This document shows positions 8,895 through 18,164 of a stretch of 43,021 nucleotides of DNA, one piece after another. How positions within the stretch are numbered: position 1 is the first letter of the stretch; the number at the start of each line of letters is the position of its first letter. The stretch lies in the UHGV virus genome UHGV-0126275; one strand, given 5' to 3'. The notes beneath the pieces were generated by a model. The model saw nothing but the letters and a program-made list of their open reading frames with translations, made no database searches and had not been told where the DNA came from. The translations under genes and the position numbers were made by a program. Source of the DNA: a virus.

Positions 8895-9239
8895 ATGAAA
8901 AAACAGATACAGGCTCTTGGTCGACTCAAAACAGGCCAGATGAACAAAACTGAATCTGCGTATTGCCAGCACCTTGAGCTGCGTAAACGTGCAGGGGAAA
9001 TCGCCTGGTATCGATTCGAGGGTATCAAGCTGCGGTTAGCTGACAACACGTTCTATACGCCAGATTTCGCTGTGATGCTCGCCACCGGAGAGATGGAACT
9101 GCACGAAGTGAAAGGTTTCTGGACCGACGACGCCAGGGTGAAAACCAAAGTCGCCGCAGATCAGTATCCGTTCCGAATCATCGGGGTAACGGTTAAACCA
9201 AAGAAAGCAGGTGGTGGCTGGAACATCGAAGAGTTCTGA
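8895..9239 (+). CDS. DUF1064-like putative PD-(D/E)xK nuclease
   Basis: 114 aa; 'FYTPDFAV...ELHEVKG' resembles a D...ExK nuclease core. Confidence 0.5.
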   Translation: MKKQIQALGRLKTGQMNKTESAYCQHLELRKRAGEIAWYRFEGIKLRLADNTFYTPDFAVMLATGEMELHEVKGFWTDDARVKTKVAADQYPFRIIGVTVKPKKAGGGWNIEEF

Positions 9240-9300
9240 ATCGACGATCTTTTTAGTTATCAATGTAATCAATAAGTTATGTGGATAAGCGAGGGTAAAG

Positions 9301-9840
9301 ATGAAACCGAGTTATGAAGAACTTGAAGAGCAACTGAACAGATCTCGACGTCTCTGTGATGCTGCTCTGGCTAATGAGCGGGCATGGGAAACAGCCATGA
9401 TGCAGGCATGCGGTGAAGACGGTCCGAAGTCAGTAGCTGATAAGTTTGCGGAACTTGAAGCCAGATGCGCGGCGCTGGCGGCGGAGAGTGCGCTGGCTCG
9501 TAAAGCAGTTCAGGCATTTTGCGATGTTGTTGGCGACAGCACCGAGGTTATCTGCGAGGAGATTGGGCGAGATGGCGTTCTGGTTATTTTGGAGGCAATG
9601 AAGGCAACAGGAAATATGCCAGCCACCGACGCTTTCCTGGCTGAAGTTCGGGCGCAGGGGGTGGATGCTGCTATAGAAGCTGCAAAAAATCTGGTGGCCC
9701 AAGAATATGAGTATAAGGATTTCAAAGCGGCGCAGAGTGATTGCTGTATGCACCCTGGTTCAGACCTGGTAGGGAAGGTTGAAATGACTGAGTGGTTAGT
9801 TGACTTTGCTGCCCAGCTTCGCAAAGGAGGCAACCAGTGA
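9301..9840 (+). CDS. Hypothetical protein (nin-like region)
   Basis: 179-aa ORF with GAGGG RBS; no confident motif. Confidence 0.5.
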   Translation: MKPSYEELEEQLNRSRRLCDAALANERAWETAMMQACGEDGPKSVADKFAELEARCAALAAESALARKAVQAFCDVVGDSTEVICEEIGRDGVLVILEAMKATGNMPATDAFLAEVRAQGVDAAIEAAKNLVAQEYEYKDFKAAQSDCCMHPGSDLVGKVEMTEWLVDFAAQLRKGGNQ

Positions 9841-10136
9841 CTGTATGTCTTATTGATAAACGTCGACGCGGGCAACAAATACCATCTGTTGAAATGCCGA
9901 ATCACACATGGTTTTGCGTACTTGATATCGATGGTATGGATACGTTGGTTGACACTCGTCATTACTGCGATACCGCAACAGCTACTCCGGCGAAAGCAAA
10001 GAAAATGGCTGCTCTGATAGAAAACTGGACTCCACCTGATGGTTGGTGCAATGGGAATGATCGAGATTGGCACGAAAAAATGAAGGGCTATATCTGCGAT
10101 TTTTTACGTAAATGCAACGGCTTCAGGGTGATGTGA
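9837..10136 (+). CDS. Hypothetical protein
   Basis: ORF overlapping its neighbours by 4 bp (translational coupling). Confidence 0.45.
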   Translation: MTVCLIDKRRRGQQIPSVEMPNHTWFCVLDIDGMDTLVDTRHYCDTATATPAKAKKMAALIENWTPPDGWCNGNDRDWHEKMKGYICDFLRKCNGFRVM

Positions 10137-10137
10137 T

Positions 10138-10770
10138 ATGACCAAAATTAACTATCAGGCACTGCGTGAGGCGGCAGAACGTGCAATTCCGGCAATGGAA
10201 CGCCTGTTAATGTTGCCAGTTGATGATGATCTGATAAGCGAACAGGAACTTAAAGATTACGGTGTGGATATTGATGCGCTCAACGCCTTCAAATTTCTGG
10301 CCGGACCAGAAACCGTGCTGGCACTGCTGGATGAACGGGAAAGAAACCAGCAATACATCAAACGCCGTGACCAGGAGAACGAGGATATTGCGCTAACGGT
10401 AGGGAAGCTGAGAGTTGAGCTTGAGGAAGCAAAATCAAAACTCAACGAGCAGCGTGAGTATTACGAAGGTGTTATCTCGGATGGAAGTAAGCGCATAGCA
10501 GAACTGGAAGCGCGGGAAATAAAACCAGCCAAAGGTGAAGTTCTGGTCGTTGTATCTGGTTTTACTGGTTGCGGAAAAAGCGCCATTGCCGGGGAAATAG
10601 AAATCGCGATGAAGGCTATTGGTGTATCGGTTAAGTGGACTAATGGCGATGCAGAAAAGCGCATGACTGGCGCTGACTGGCTGACTGCGATTGAGATGTA
10701 CAAACCAACTGTGCGCATCGTGGAAGTTAATGTGCCCCGCGCCGCTGGCATTGGCGTGAAGGGGGAATGA
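10138..10770 (+). CDS. Ead/Ea22-like prophage protein
   Basis: N-terminus 'MTKINYQALREAAERAIPAMERL' resembles the Ea22-like family as I recall it. Confidence 0.55.
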   Translation: MTKINYQALREAAERAIPAMERLLMLPVDDDLISEQELKDYGVDIDALNAFKFLAGPETVLALLDERERNQQYIKRRDQENEDIALTVGKLRVELEEAKSKLNEQREYYEGVISDGSKRIAELEAREIKPAKGEVLVVVSGFTGCGKSAIAGEIEIAMKAIGVSVKWTNGDAEKRMTGADWLTAIEMYKPTVRIVEVNVPRAAGIGVKGE

Positions 10771-11126
10771 GTATGGCTTTTGTATCAATCATAACTGGTG
10801 GCAGAGGTCGCAAGCGTGACACGGCAGGAATATCCGTTAAATATTCAAAATCAGGATCTGTGCAGTGCTATATCGGAGTTGATGTCAGATCGAACAGTCG
10901 ATTTATTTTCGTTGAGTTGGATGAGGAAAACAGGCAGATCAGGGTGATGCCAACCTCGGATGAAAAGGGTGCAAAGATGACTGGTGCAAGCGGAGGGACA
11001 TTCTCAGTAACTAAAAAGTTTGGGGATGTGGTTATACCTTTAGGACATAAAAAAGCTTTCATCGAGCTGGAAAAAAATGCTGATGGTTGGTGGTACGGTA
11101 AATATCAAGAAGGGGATACGGCATGA
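10767..11126 (+). CDS. Hypothetical protein
   Basis: ORF in operon with 4-bp overlaps. Confidence 0.45.
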   Translation: MSMAFVSIITGGRGRKRDTAGISVKYSKSGSVQCYIGVDVRSNSRFIFVELDEENRQIRVMPTSDEKGAKMTGASGGTFSVTKKFGDVVIPLGHKKAFIELEKNADGWWYGKYQEGDTA

Positions 11127-12022
11127 TCACTATTACTAAAGAGCGACTGCTGACAATCAAGCAGTGGCGCGAAACATACGGACCTGATAGCAACGTTGTA
11201 CTGCCAGCAGAAGAAGCGGAAGAACTGGCACGAATTGCTCTGGCATCGCTGGAAGCAGAGCCGATAGGTTTCCGTTGCAGGCGCAATGATAACCTTGGTG
11301 ATTGGAGTTACGTATATCATCGAGAGCCAGATGATTTTGAGCGCAAACATTTAGTGATAGAGGGCATTTACGCCGCCCCTCCAGCACCGGTAGTGCCTGA
11401 AGAAGCAACTCCGGAAAACGTAGAAATGCTCTCTGGCTATGTTTCAACGTACAAATTAACCGATAGCGAGCGCGATATTGCTGCCGAAATATGGAACGCC
11501 TGCCGCGCCGCCATGCTTCAGTCCGGAAACTTTTGGGAAAACAAGAATTCGTCAACCAATAATTTTCGGGAAATCGCGGAAACGTCAACCAACTATCCGG
11601 CAATTCCTAGTGAGGTGTTGTCCGCAATCCTGAAGGTTGCCAGGATTCGTGCCGATTTCGATGATTTTGACGGTGACAGGCGAGGTATCGGTGATTGTCT
11701 GGATGAGGCTGAGCAAGAGCTTATCGTTACCATTAACAAATATGCCAGTCAGTTGGCAGCAGAACCTATAGCGCCTAATGACGTTCGAGAGCAGACAGCC
11801 ATTCCACAAGTTCCGGTAACTCCGGATAGTTGGATAAGCTGTAGTGAGCGAATGCCGGATGACGGGCAGGAAGTTGTTGTTCAAACTCATTCAGGGTGGC
11901 GTTACATCGCATTCTACGAATCCCACTCTGGATTGTTCTATGACAGTCCTGAGGGTGATGTCGAGTATGTTCTCGTAACTCACTGGATGCCACTACCAGA
12001 ACCGCCGCAGGAGGTGAAGTGA
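11123..12022 (+). CDS. Hypothetical protein with DUF551-like C-terminal domain
   Basis: C-terminus 'SWISCSERMPDDGQEVVVQTHSGWRYIAFY...THWMPLPEPP' resembles DUF551. Confidence 0.55.
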   Translation: MITITKERLLTIKQWRETYGPDSNVVLPAEEAEELARIALASLEAEPIGFRCRRNDNLGDWSYVYHREPDDFERKHLVIEGIYAAPPAPVVPEEATPENVEMLSGYVSTYKLTDSERDIAAEIWNACRAAMLQSGNFWENKNSSTNNFREIAETSTNYPAIPSEVLSAILKVARIRADFDDFDGDRRGIGDCLDEAEQELIVTINKYASQLAAEPIAPNDVREQTAIPQVPVTPDSWISCSERMPDDGQEVVVQTHSGWRYIAFYESHSGLFYDSPEGDVEYVLVTHWMPLPEPPQEVK

Positions 12023-12306
12023 TGGACTCCTTCGCGAAATATACGATTATTGACTGGATAGCCTTCCTTCAGGTTTTGCTCATCTGGTTTTATATGGCTT
12101 ACAGGAGTGGACAGTGGATTGTCAGTATAGCCTGTAGCAAGGGATGGCGTTGGTGGAACCGGAAGAATAAAAAAGCACTGGCATTGGATTCGTTTTACGA
12201 AGCATTCAATCTTAACAGCCTTCAGCCTGGTTCTGTCATTGTAGTCACCACTCAAAGCGGCATGACGATACAAATTCACAAGCCAAAGGAGGAAGGTCGT
12301 GGCTAA
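12019..12306 (+). CDS. Hypothetical small membrane protein
   Basis: Hydrophobic N-terminal segment; operon context. Confidence 0.4.
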   Translation: MMDSFAKYTIIDWIAFLQVLLIWFYMAYRSGQWIVSIACSKGWRWWNRKNKKALALDSFYEAFNLNSLQPGSVIVVTTQSGMTIQIHKPKEEGRG

Positions 12307-12580
12307 CCTGCAACTTGCCGTTAAAGGTGAATACTTCGATGCCATGATTCGCGGGGAGAAAACGGAAGAGTATCGCCTGTGTAATGACTACTGGAAAAAG
12401 CGCCTCGTTAACCGTAAGTATGACCGCCTGATTATCACAAAGGGATATCCGAAGCGCGACGATTCCAGCCGTAGAATTGATGTTCCGTATGACGGATATG
12501 AAATCAAGACAATCACACATCCGCACTTCGGCGATAAACCGGTAAAGGTGTTCGCGATAAAGGTGAATATTGATGGCTAA
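12299..12580 (+). CDS. Hypothetical protein (possibly ASCH/PUA-like fold)
   Basis: 93-aa ORF in operon; weak family recollection only. Confidence 0.4.
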   Translation: MANLQLAVKGEYFDAMIRGEKTEEYRLCNDYWKKRLVNRKYDRLIITKGYPKRDDSSRRIDVPYDGYEIKTITHPHFGDKPVKVFAIKVNIDG

Positions 12581-12911
12581 ATCAGCAGCAGAGCGCAAAG
12601 CCGCTCAGAGAGCCAGACAAGCTGCATCTGGTGTGCGTAAGCTGGAGATTGTGCTTGATGCTCAGGAAATTGAAATGCTGGAGCGTAACTGTGCCACACG
12701 TCGCCCCGGGCGTGCGCCTTACGAATTTGGTGAGTATATAGCATTACTGATCCGCCAGGATGATGCGCGCGTGCACGGGCGTATAAAATCGATCAGCAGA
12801 AAACGTTGCGGTAAGTGCGGCGAGAGAGTTCCTGTGAATTCATGCCCGTGTAATGGTGACTCGCAATGCTGGGTGACTAAAGGCTGGCATGAAACGAAAT
12901 TAATATTGTGA
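12570..12911 (+). CDS. Hypothetical protein with Cys-rich C-terminus
   Basis: 113 aa; 'CGKCGERVPVNSCPCNGDSQC'; stop codon lies inside the 12-bp palindrome. Confidence 0.45.
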   Translation: MMAKSAAERKAAQRARQAASGVRKLEIVLDAQEIEMLERNCATRRPGRAPYEFGEYIALLIRQDDARVHGRIKSISRKRCGKCGERVPVNSCPCNGDSQCWVTKGWHETKLIL

Positions 12912-12960
12912 CATGTCACGAGTGGGTTATGCATGATGAATTTGATGGGTTTTGAATACT

Positions 12961-12987
12961 GCCGCCAACTATGGCGGCTTTATTTTG
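12961..12987 (+). terminator. Rho-independent terminator between the early/nin region and the packaging genes
   Basis: GCCGCCA-ACTA-TGGCGGC followed by TTTATTTTG. Confidence 0.65.
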
Positions 12988-12997
12988 CATGGTACTA

Positions 12998-13012
12998 TTA
13001 CCACAACGGTAA
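12998..13012. promoter_or_regulatory. TTACC-N5-GGTAA palindrome upstream of terS
   Basis: TTACCacaacGGTAA, preceded by TACTAT (-10-like) and followed by an extra TTACC half-site. Confidence 0.5.
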
Positions 13013-13029
13013 CTATTACCACGGTGGTT

Positions 13030-13629
13030 ATGATGCCTGCTGAACCTAAAACCTATAAACGCAAATCAACGCAATTTAAGCCACTAACAGCAATGCAGGA
13101 GGCTTATTGCCAGTCATACATCAAAACGCCTGAAAACCAGACTCAGGCAGCGATTAACGCAGGATTCTCCCCAAATACAGCGGCAGTTAAAGCCAGTGTC
13201 ATGATGCGCGATGAACGCATTCAAAAACGGATTGCCGAGTTGATGGAGGAGCGCAACAAACGAATGCGCGTCAGTGCTGATTACGTTCTCATGCGCCTGG
13301 TGGAGATCGACCAGATGGACGTGATTGACATTCTCAACGACGATATGAGCATCAAGCCGGTCTCGGAATGGCCTAAGGTCTGGCGGCAGTACCTGACAGG
13401 TTTCGAACTGGCCGACATGTTCGAAGGCCGTGGAGACGAGAAAGAGCTGGTTGGCATCCTCAAAAAAATTAAATGGCCTGACAAGGTGAAGAACCTCGAA
13501 CTGATTGGTAAGCACGTCGACGTCAACGCATTCAAAGAACGCCTGGATGTTAATGTGAATGTGACAATTGCTGATCGCATAGCGGCAGCCAGGAAGAGAC
13601 TGAAAGAACGTCAGGATGGCAATCAGTGA
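13030..13629 (+). CDS. terS: Terminase small subunit
   Basis: 'LTAMQEAYCQSYIKTPENQTQAAINAGFSPNTAAVKA' HTH-type TerS N-terminus; sits directly upstream of terL with overlap; start chosen downstream of the terminator. Confidence 0.7.
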   Translation: MMPAEPKTYKRKSTQFKPLTAMQEAYCQSYIKTPENQTQAAINAGFSPNTAAVKASVMMRDERIQKRIAELMEERNKRMRVSADYVLMRLVEIDQMDVIDILNDDMSIKPVSEWPKVWRQYLTGFELADMFEGRGDEKELVGILKKIKWPDKVKNLELIGKHVDVNAFKERLDVNVNVTIADRIAAARKRLKERQDGNQ

Positions 13630-15101
13630 CAGATACAGCGTTATCTCCTGAAGAGCAGTTAATCGAGGATATTGCAGGGTTCACTCACGATCCGCTTGGC
13701 TATGCCCTCTATGCGTTCCCATGGGGGGAAGAGGGGACTGAACTGGCACATGCCACCGGCCCACGTCAGTGGCAGGCTGATGCGTTCCGAGAGATACGTG
13801 ATCACCTGCAGAATCCAGAGACGCGATATCAGCCGCTTATGCTGGCACGTGCTTCTGGTCACGGTATTGGTAAATCCGCATTCATCTCAATGCTGATCAA
13901 CTGGGGCATGTCCACTTGCGAGGATTGTAAGGTCGTGGTGACCGCCAACACCGACAACCAGCTACGAACGAAGACCTGGCCGGAAATTATCAAGTGGTCA
14001 AACCTTGCTATCACGAAAGACTGGTTTACCTGTACCGCTACCGCGATGTACAGCAATGACCCTGGGCACGACAAGCGGTGGCGAGCTGACGCAATCCCCT
14101 GGTCTGAGCACAACACTGAGGCGTTCGCCGGACTACACAACGAGCGCAAACGCATCATCGTGGTATTCGATGAAGCGTCGAACATTGCGGATCTGGTGTG
14201 GGAAGTTGCTGAGGGTGCGCTTACGGACGAAGACACTGAGATTATCTGGGTAGCGTTCGGAAACCCTACACGTAACACCGGGCGTTTCCGCGAATGTTTC
14301 CGCAAATATAAACACCGCTGGAAAACTGCGCAGATTGACAGCCGGACGGTGGAAGGCACTAACAAACAGCAGTTGCAGAAATGGGTTGATGACTACGGGG
14401 AAGATAGCGACTTCGTTAAAATCCGTGTGCGCGGCATATTCCCTGATGCATCTGAATTGCAGTTTATCCCTACCGGTCTTACTGACGAGGCAATGAAACG
14501 GGTGGTAACCGCTGCGCAGGTTGCACATGCTCCGGTGATAATCGGTGTTGACCCGGCATATTCAGGCGTTGATGACGCGGTGATATACCTGCGGCAGGGG
14601 CTACACAGTAAGGTGCTGTGGACTGGCAACAAGACTACCGACGATCTGATTATGGCGAAGCGTATCGCTGACTTTGAAGACCAGTATCAGGCTGACGCGG
14701 TGTTCATCGACTTCGGTTACGGAACCGGTTTGAAGTCAATCGGTGACGGCTGGGGTCGTACATGGCAACTTGTTCCGTTCGGTGGCGCGTCTACTGACCC
14801 GCAGATGCTCAACAAGCGTGGGGAGATGTTCAACTCATGCAAGACATGGCTGAGGCTCGGCGGCATGCTGGATGACCAGGAAACAGCGGACGACCTGTCG
14901 ACGGCAGAGTACAAAGTTCGCGTGGACGGTAAAATCGTTATCGAACCGAAGGAAGATATCAAGGAGCGGCTTGGGCGTTCTCCTGGTAAAGGCGATGCGC
15001 TACTGCTGACGTTTGCGTTCCCTGTGTCGAAGCGTCTGCGAATTCCCGGGCAGCAGAACCAGCAAGGCAAGGCCATCACAGATTACGATCCATATGCTTA
15101 A
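13626..15101 (+). CDS. terL: Terminase large subunit
   Basis: 491 aa; position and size, with ATPase-like 'ARASGHGIGKSAF' (Walker A-like) and a nuclease-like C-terminus. Confidence 0.85.
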   Translation: MTDTALSPEEQLIEDIAGFTHDPLGYALYAFPWGEEGTELAHATGPRQWQADAFREIRDHLQNPETRYQPLMLARASGHGIGKSAFISMLINWGMSTCEDCKVVVTANTDNQLRTKTWPEIIKWSNLAITKDWFTCTATAMYSNDPGHDKRWRADAIPWSEHNTEAFAGLHNERKRIIVVFDEASNIADLVWEVAEGALTDEDTEIIWVAFGNPTRNTGRFRECFRKYKHRWKTAQIDSRTVEGTNKQQLQKWVDDYGEDSDFVKIRVRGIFPDASELQFIPTGLTDEAMKRVVTAAQVAHAPVIIGVDPAYSGVDDAVIYLRQGLHSKVLWTGNKTTDDLIMAKRIADFEDQYQADAVFIDFGYGTGLKSIGDGWGRTWQLVPFGGASTDPQMLNKRGEMFNSCKTWLRLGGMLDDQETADDLSTAEYKVRVDGKIVIEPKEDIKERLGRSPGKGDALLLTFAFPVSKRLRIPGQQNQQGKAITDYDPYA

Positions 15102-15149
15102 TCCGCTGGTGGGGATAATGTCGTTGATATCCTCTGATGAGGATAAAAC

Positions 15150-15175
15150 AAAGCCAGCTCATCGGCTGGCTGTTT
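15150..15175 (+). terminator. Rho-independent terminator after terL
   Basis: GCCAGC-TCATCG-GCTGGC followed by TGTTTG; immediately followed by the 12-bp palindrome. Confidence 0.6.
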
Positions 15176-15191
15176 GTGACATGTCACGGTG

Positions 15192-15563
15192 TTATTGCTC
15201 GCTTAACTTCTGCTTCAGCAAGTAACCTTCAAGCATCCAGATTTTGTTTACAGCATTCTGCCGGGCAATCTTCCGACCAATTTCCGCATCAAAGTTTTCC
15301 GGGCTTGCACAGGCGCTCTCTCCGGTGACGGTGAAGCCGTTGCGCAGCACCAGGATGCAGAACGTCAGCAGAGAAAGTGATTCGTGCGGCTGGTAGTTTA
15401 CCTCTCCGCCAGTATGTTTCTCTTTTATGGCTTTGCCAAAGGCACCATCTTCTGCTGTGAAATATGCCTCCTGAGCAATAATGCCTTCGATATGGTCTGG
15501 CGTAACGCGCGGTGCCGTTTTGCCTTTCTCAACGATTTCTTTTTCGATTTGCTGGTCGTTCAT
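15192..15563 (-). CDS. Hypothetical protein (123 aa) in the tRNA island
   Basis: ORF with AAGGTGAG RBS; terminator-like hairpin directly upstream of the RBS; LexA-like palindrome about 65 nt upstream. Confidence 0.55.
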   Translation of the reverse strand: MNDQQIEKEIVEKGKTAPRVTPDHIEGIIAQEAYFTAEDGAFGKAIKEKHTGGEVNYQPHESLSLLTFCILVLRNGFTVTGESACASPENFDAEIGRKIARQNAVNKIWMLEGYLLKQKLSEQ

Positions 15564-15628
15564 AATCTCACCTTAAAAAAAGCCCGCGAATCGGGCGAAC
15601 TGGAAGCAATGAGTTATGCCTTCCGTGG

Positions 15629-15644
15629 CTGTACTGGTTTACAG
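15629..15644. promoter_or_regulatory. Candidate LexA (SOS) box, CTGT-N8-ACAG
   Basis: CTGTactggtttACAG; central octamer only moderately AT-rich, so weaker than the 35610 box. Confidence 0.35.
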
Positions 15645-15679
15645 CATGAAGCCATCGCAATGGCGTCCTGCTGTAAAAA

Positions 15680-15716
15680 GGGCGGTGATAGTCCTTCAAG
15701 GGAAACCATCACCGCC
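15680..15716 (-). terminator. Rho-independent terminator downstream of the tRNA
   Basis: On the minus strand GGCGGTGAT (18-nt loop) ATCACCGCC followed by CTTTTTA. Confidence 0.5.
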
Positions 15717-15759
15717 AAGCCCCTGGAACTTCTGGCATCACGGTCCTTAGGCGTGATTC

Positions 15760-15836
15760 TGGCGTGGCATGCAGGATTCGAACCTGCGACCAACCGCTTA
15801 GAAGGCGGTTGCTCTGTCCAACTGAGCTAATGCCAC
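15760..15836 (-). tRNA. tRNA-Arg (anticodon UCU), phage-encoded, argU-like
   Basis: Reverse complement folds as a cloverleaf: acceptor GTGGCAT/ATGCCAC, D-arm GCTC-AGTTGGACA-GAGC, anticodon stem ACCGC/GCGGT with loop CTTCTAA, T-arm GCAGG-TTCGAAT-CCTGC, encoded CCA end. Confidence 0.9.
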
Positions 15837-16158
15837 AACGCTGAGAGCACTTAGCCTGTTAAGGCGCCACACTTTGTCGCGGCTCCATAAATGCTCTCAT
15901 CGTTGTACCCTCGTCTCTTCCGAGGCGTCACACCGAATCGCCGGGATGGTGAATCCCCGTGCGCGGAATAAAACCGCTCGACTTGCACATTCCGGCTACC
16001 TGGTTCGTTTGCCACAGCCAGGGAGGGTGCCCCTTAAACGTATCCAGACCGCTATCGGCGCATGTGCCATACGCCGTACTGCTCAAAATAAAAGCTCACT
16101 CCACCTGTTCAATTTAACGACAAGCCAGTCAGGTTAGTAACCGGAATGAACTCTTTTG

Positions 16159-16173
16159 TTACCTGAAAGGTAA
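16159..16173. promoter_or_regulatory. TTACC-N5-GGTAA palindrome upstream of the head-gene block
   Basis: TTACCtgaaaGGTAA, about 90 nt upstream of the ORF at 16264. Confidence 0.5.
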
Positions 16174-16263
16174 TAATTTGTGCGTTAAATGTCAACCACC
16201 TACGATAAATAAATCATATGTGGTTAAATTGGTAATAATTTAATTGCGTACGGAGTCATTGAT

Positions 16264-16470
16264 ATGTGCATGGGTAGCTCACCATCAGTGCCTGCAACAC
16301 CAGAAGTTCAGGCAGCACCACAGGAGCAGGATGCCGCCGTTGTTGATGCCCGCGACGAAGAAACTCGTCGCCGTCGCGCTGCTGCTGGTCGTAGTTCTAC
16401 GCTGCTTACCGGTTCTCAGGGCGACACATCAACCGCTAATACCAGCGGTAAAACGCTGCTTGGTCAGTAA
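16264..16470 (+). CDS. Small hypothetical protein (68 aa) upstream of portal
   Basis: Shares an almost identical ribosome-binding context (CGGAGTCATTGA-ATG) with the portal gene. Confidence 0.5.
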   Translation: MCMGSSPSVPATPEVQAAPQEQDAAVVDARDEETRRRRAAAGRSSTLLTGSQGDTSTANTSGKTLLGQ

Positions 16471-16484
16471 CCGGAGTCATTGAA

Positions 16485-18164
16485 ATGGCGGAAACAACTA
16501 AAGAGCGATTGAACAAACAGTTCGCACAACTTGAAAGCGAGCGTCAGTCGTTCGAGCCGCACTGGCGCGAGTTGAGTGATTACATCAACCCGCGTGGTTC
16601 CCGCTTTCTGGCTTCTGAGGTTAACCGTAACGATCGACGCAATACACGCATTATTGATTCGACCGGGACTATGGCGGCGCGCACTCTCGCCAGCGGCATG
16701 ATGTCAGGCATCACAAGCCCCGCGCGTCCGTGGTTTCGCCTGGCTACGCCAGATCCTGAAATGATGGATTATGGCCCTGTTAAGTTGTGGCTTGAGGCGG
16801 TGCAGAACCGCATGAACGATATGTTCAATAAGTCGAATCTCTATCAGTCGCTGCCGCAGTTATACGGAAGCCTCGGCACATACAGCACTGGTGCAATGGC
16901 AGTGCTGGAGGATGACGAGGACATCATTCGCACAATGCCATTCCCGATAGGCAGTTACTACCTGGCTAACTCACCTCGTGGCAGTGTGGACACCTGTTTT
17001 CGCAAGTTCTCTATGACTGTTCGTCAGCTTGTTCAGGAGTTCGGGCTAAATAACGTCAGCGAATCCGTAAAAAGCATGTGGGAAAGCGGAACCTACGAGA
17101 AGTGGATTGAAGTGATGCATTCGGTTTACCCGAACATTGACCGCGATACATCGAAGCTGGATAGCAAGAACAAGCCATTCAAATCGGTTTATTACGAGGT
17201 TGGTGGCGATAACGACAAGTTGTTGCGTGAGTCCGGATTCGATGAGTTTCCAATTATGGCCCCGCGCTGGGAAGTTAACGGCGAAGATGTTTATGGATCA
17301 TCATGCCCGGGTATGCTGGCGCTTGGACCTGTTAAGGCATTGCAGCTTCTCCAGAAGCGCAAGTCGCAGTTGATTGATAAAGCCACCAATCCGCCGATGG
17401 TTGCTCCGAATTCCCTCAAGAATCAGCGTGCCTCCCTTCTTCCTGGCGACATCACGTATATCGATCAGATTACTGGTCAGGATGGTTTCAGGCCTGCTTA
17501 TCTGGTTAACCCCAGTACAGCAGATTTGGTGGCAGACATTCAGGACACTCGTCAAATCATTAACAGCGCCTACTTTGTCGATCTGTTCATGATGTTGCAG
17601 AACATCAATACCCGCTCGATGCCTGTGGAAGCGGTGATCGAAATGAAAGAAGAAAAACTTCTGATGTTGGGGCCGGTTCTGGAGCGCCTGAACGACGAAT
17701 GTCTTAATCCTCTCATTGATCGCTCTTTCTCGATGATGGTGCGTAAAAACATGCTGCCGCCACCGCCTGACGCGATGGAAGGCATGCCCCTGAAGGTCGA
17801 ATACATTTCCGTCATGGCTCAGGCGCAGAAGTCTATCGGCCTGTCCAGTCTGGCGTCCACGGTTAACTTCATTGGTCAACTTGCGCAAGCGAAACCAGAA
17901 GCTCTCGACAAACTCAACGTTGATCAGGCGATCGATGCATTCGCTGATATGTCCGGAGTGTCTCCAACCGTCATTGTTCCGCAGGAACAGGTTGAGCAGG
18001 CTCGCCAGCAACGGGCACAGCAACAACAGCAGCAACAAATGATGGCGATGGGGATGGCGGCGGCACAGGGTGCCAAGACGCTAAGTGAAGCTAAAACTTC
18101 GGATCCGAGTGTTTTGTCAGCTATGGCGAATGTAGTTAGTGGTCAGGGTGGGCAATCACAATGA
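16485..18164 (+). CDS. Portal protein
   Basis: 559 aa, immediately after terminase and before scaffold/capsid; poly-Gln segment near the C-terminus. Confidence 0.8.
   Translation: MAETTKERLNKQFAQLESERQSFEPHWRELSDYINPRGSRFLASEVNRNDRRNTRIIDSTGTMAARTLASGMMSGITSPARPWFRLATPDPEMMDYGPVKLWLEAVQNRMNDMFNKSNLYQSLPQLYGSLGTYSTGAMAVLEDDEDIIRTMPFPIGSYYLANSPRGSVDTCFRKFSMTVRQLVQEFGLNNVSESVKSMWESGTYEKWIEVMHSVYPNIDRDTSKLDSKNKPFKSVYYEVGGDNDKLLRESGFDEFPIMAPRWEVNGEDVYGSSCPGMLALGPVKALQLLQKRKSQLIDKATNPPMVAPNSLKNQRASLLPGDITYIDQITGQDGFRPAYLVNPSTADLVADIQDTRQIINSAYFVDLFMMLQNINTRSMPVEAVIEMKEEKLLMLGPVLERLNDECLNPLIDRSFSMMVRKNMLPPPPDAMEGMPLKVEYISVMAQAQKSIGLSSLASTVNFIGQLAQAKPEALDKLNVDQAIDAFADMSGVSPTVIVPQEQVEQARQQRAQQQQQQQMMAMGMAAAQGAKTLSEAKTSDPSVLSAMANVVSGQGGQSQ

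Noticed and set aside
12952-13029. Upstream extension of the terS ORF (track start at 12952)
   Set aside because: The extension would read through a rho-independent terminator and an operator-like palindrome; internal ATG at 13030 with a GGTGG RBS is more plausible.
15384-15830. 148-aa plus-strand ORF overlapping the tRNA region
   Set aside because: It runs through the tRNA-Arg gene and two terminator hairpins; the tRNA fold explains the sequence better.
17301-18038. 245-aa minus-strand ORF inside the portal gene
   Set aside because: Entirely antisense to a well-supported structural gene, no RBS, with composition mirroring the sense strand; typical spurious antisense ORF.
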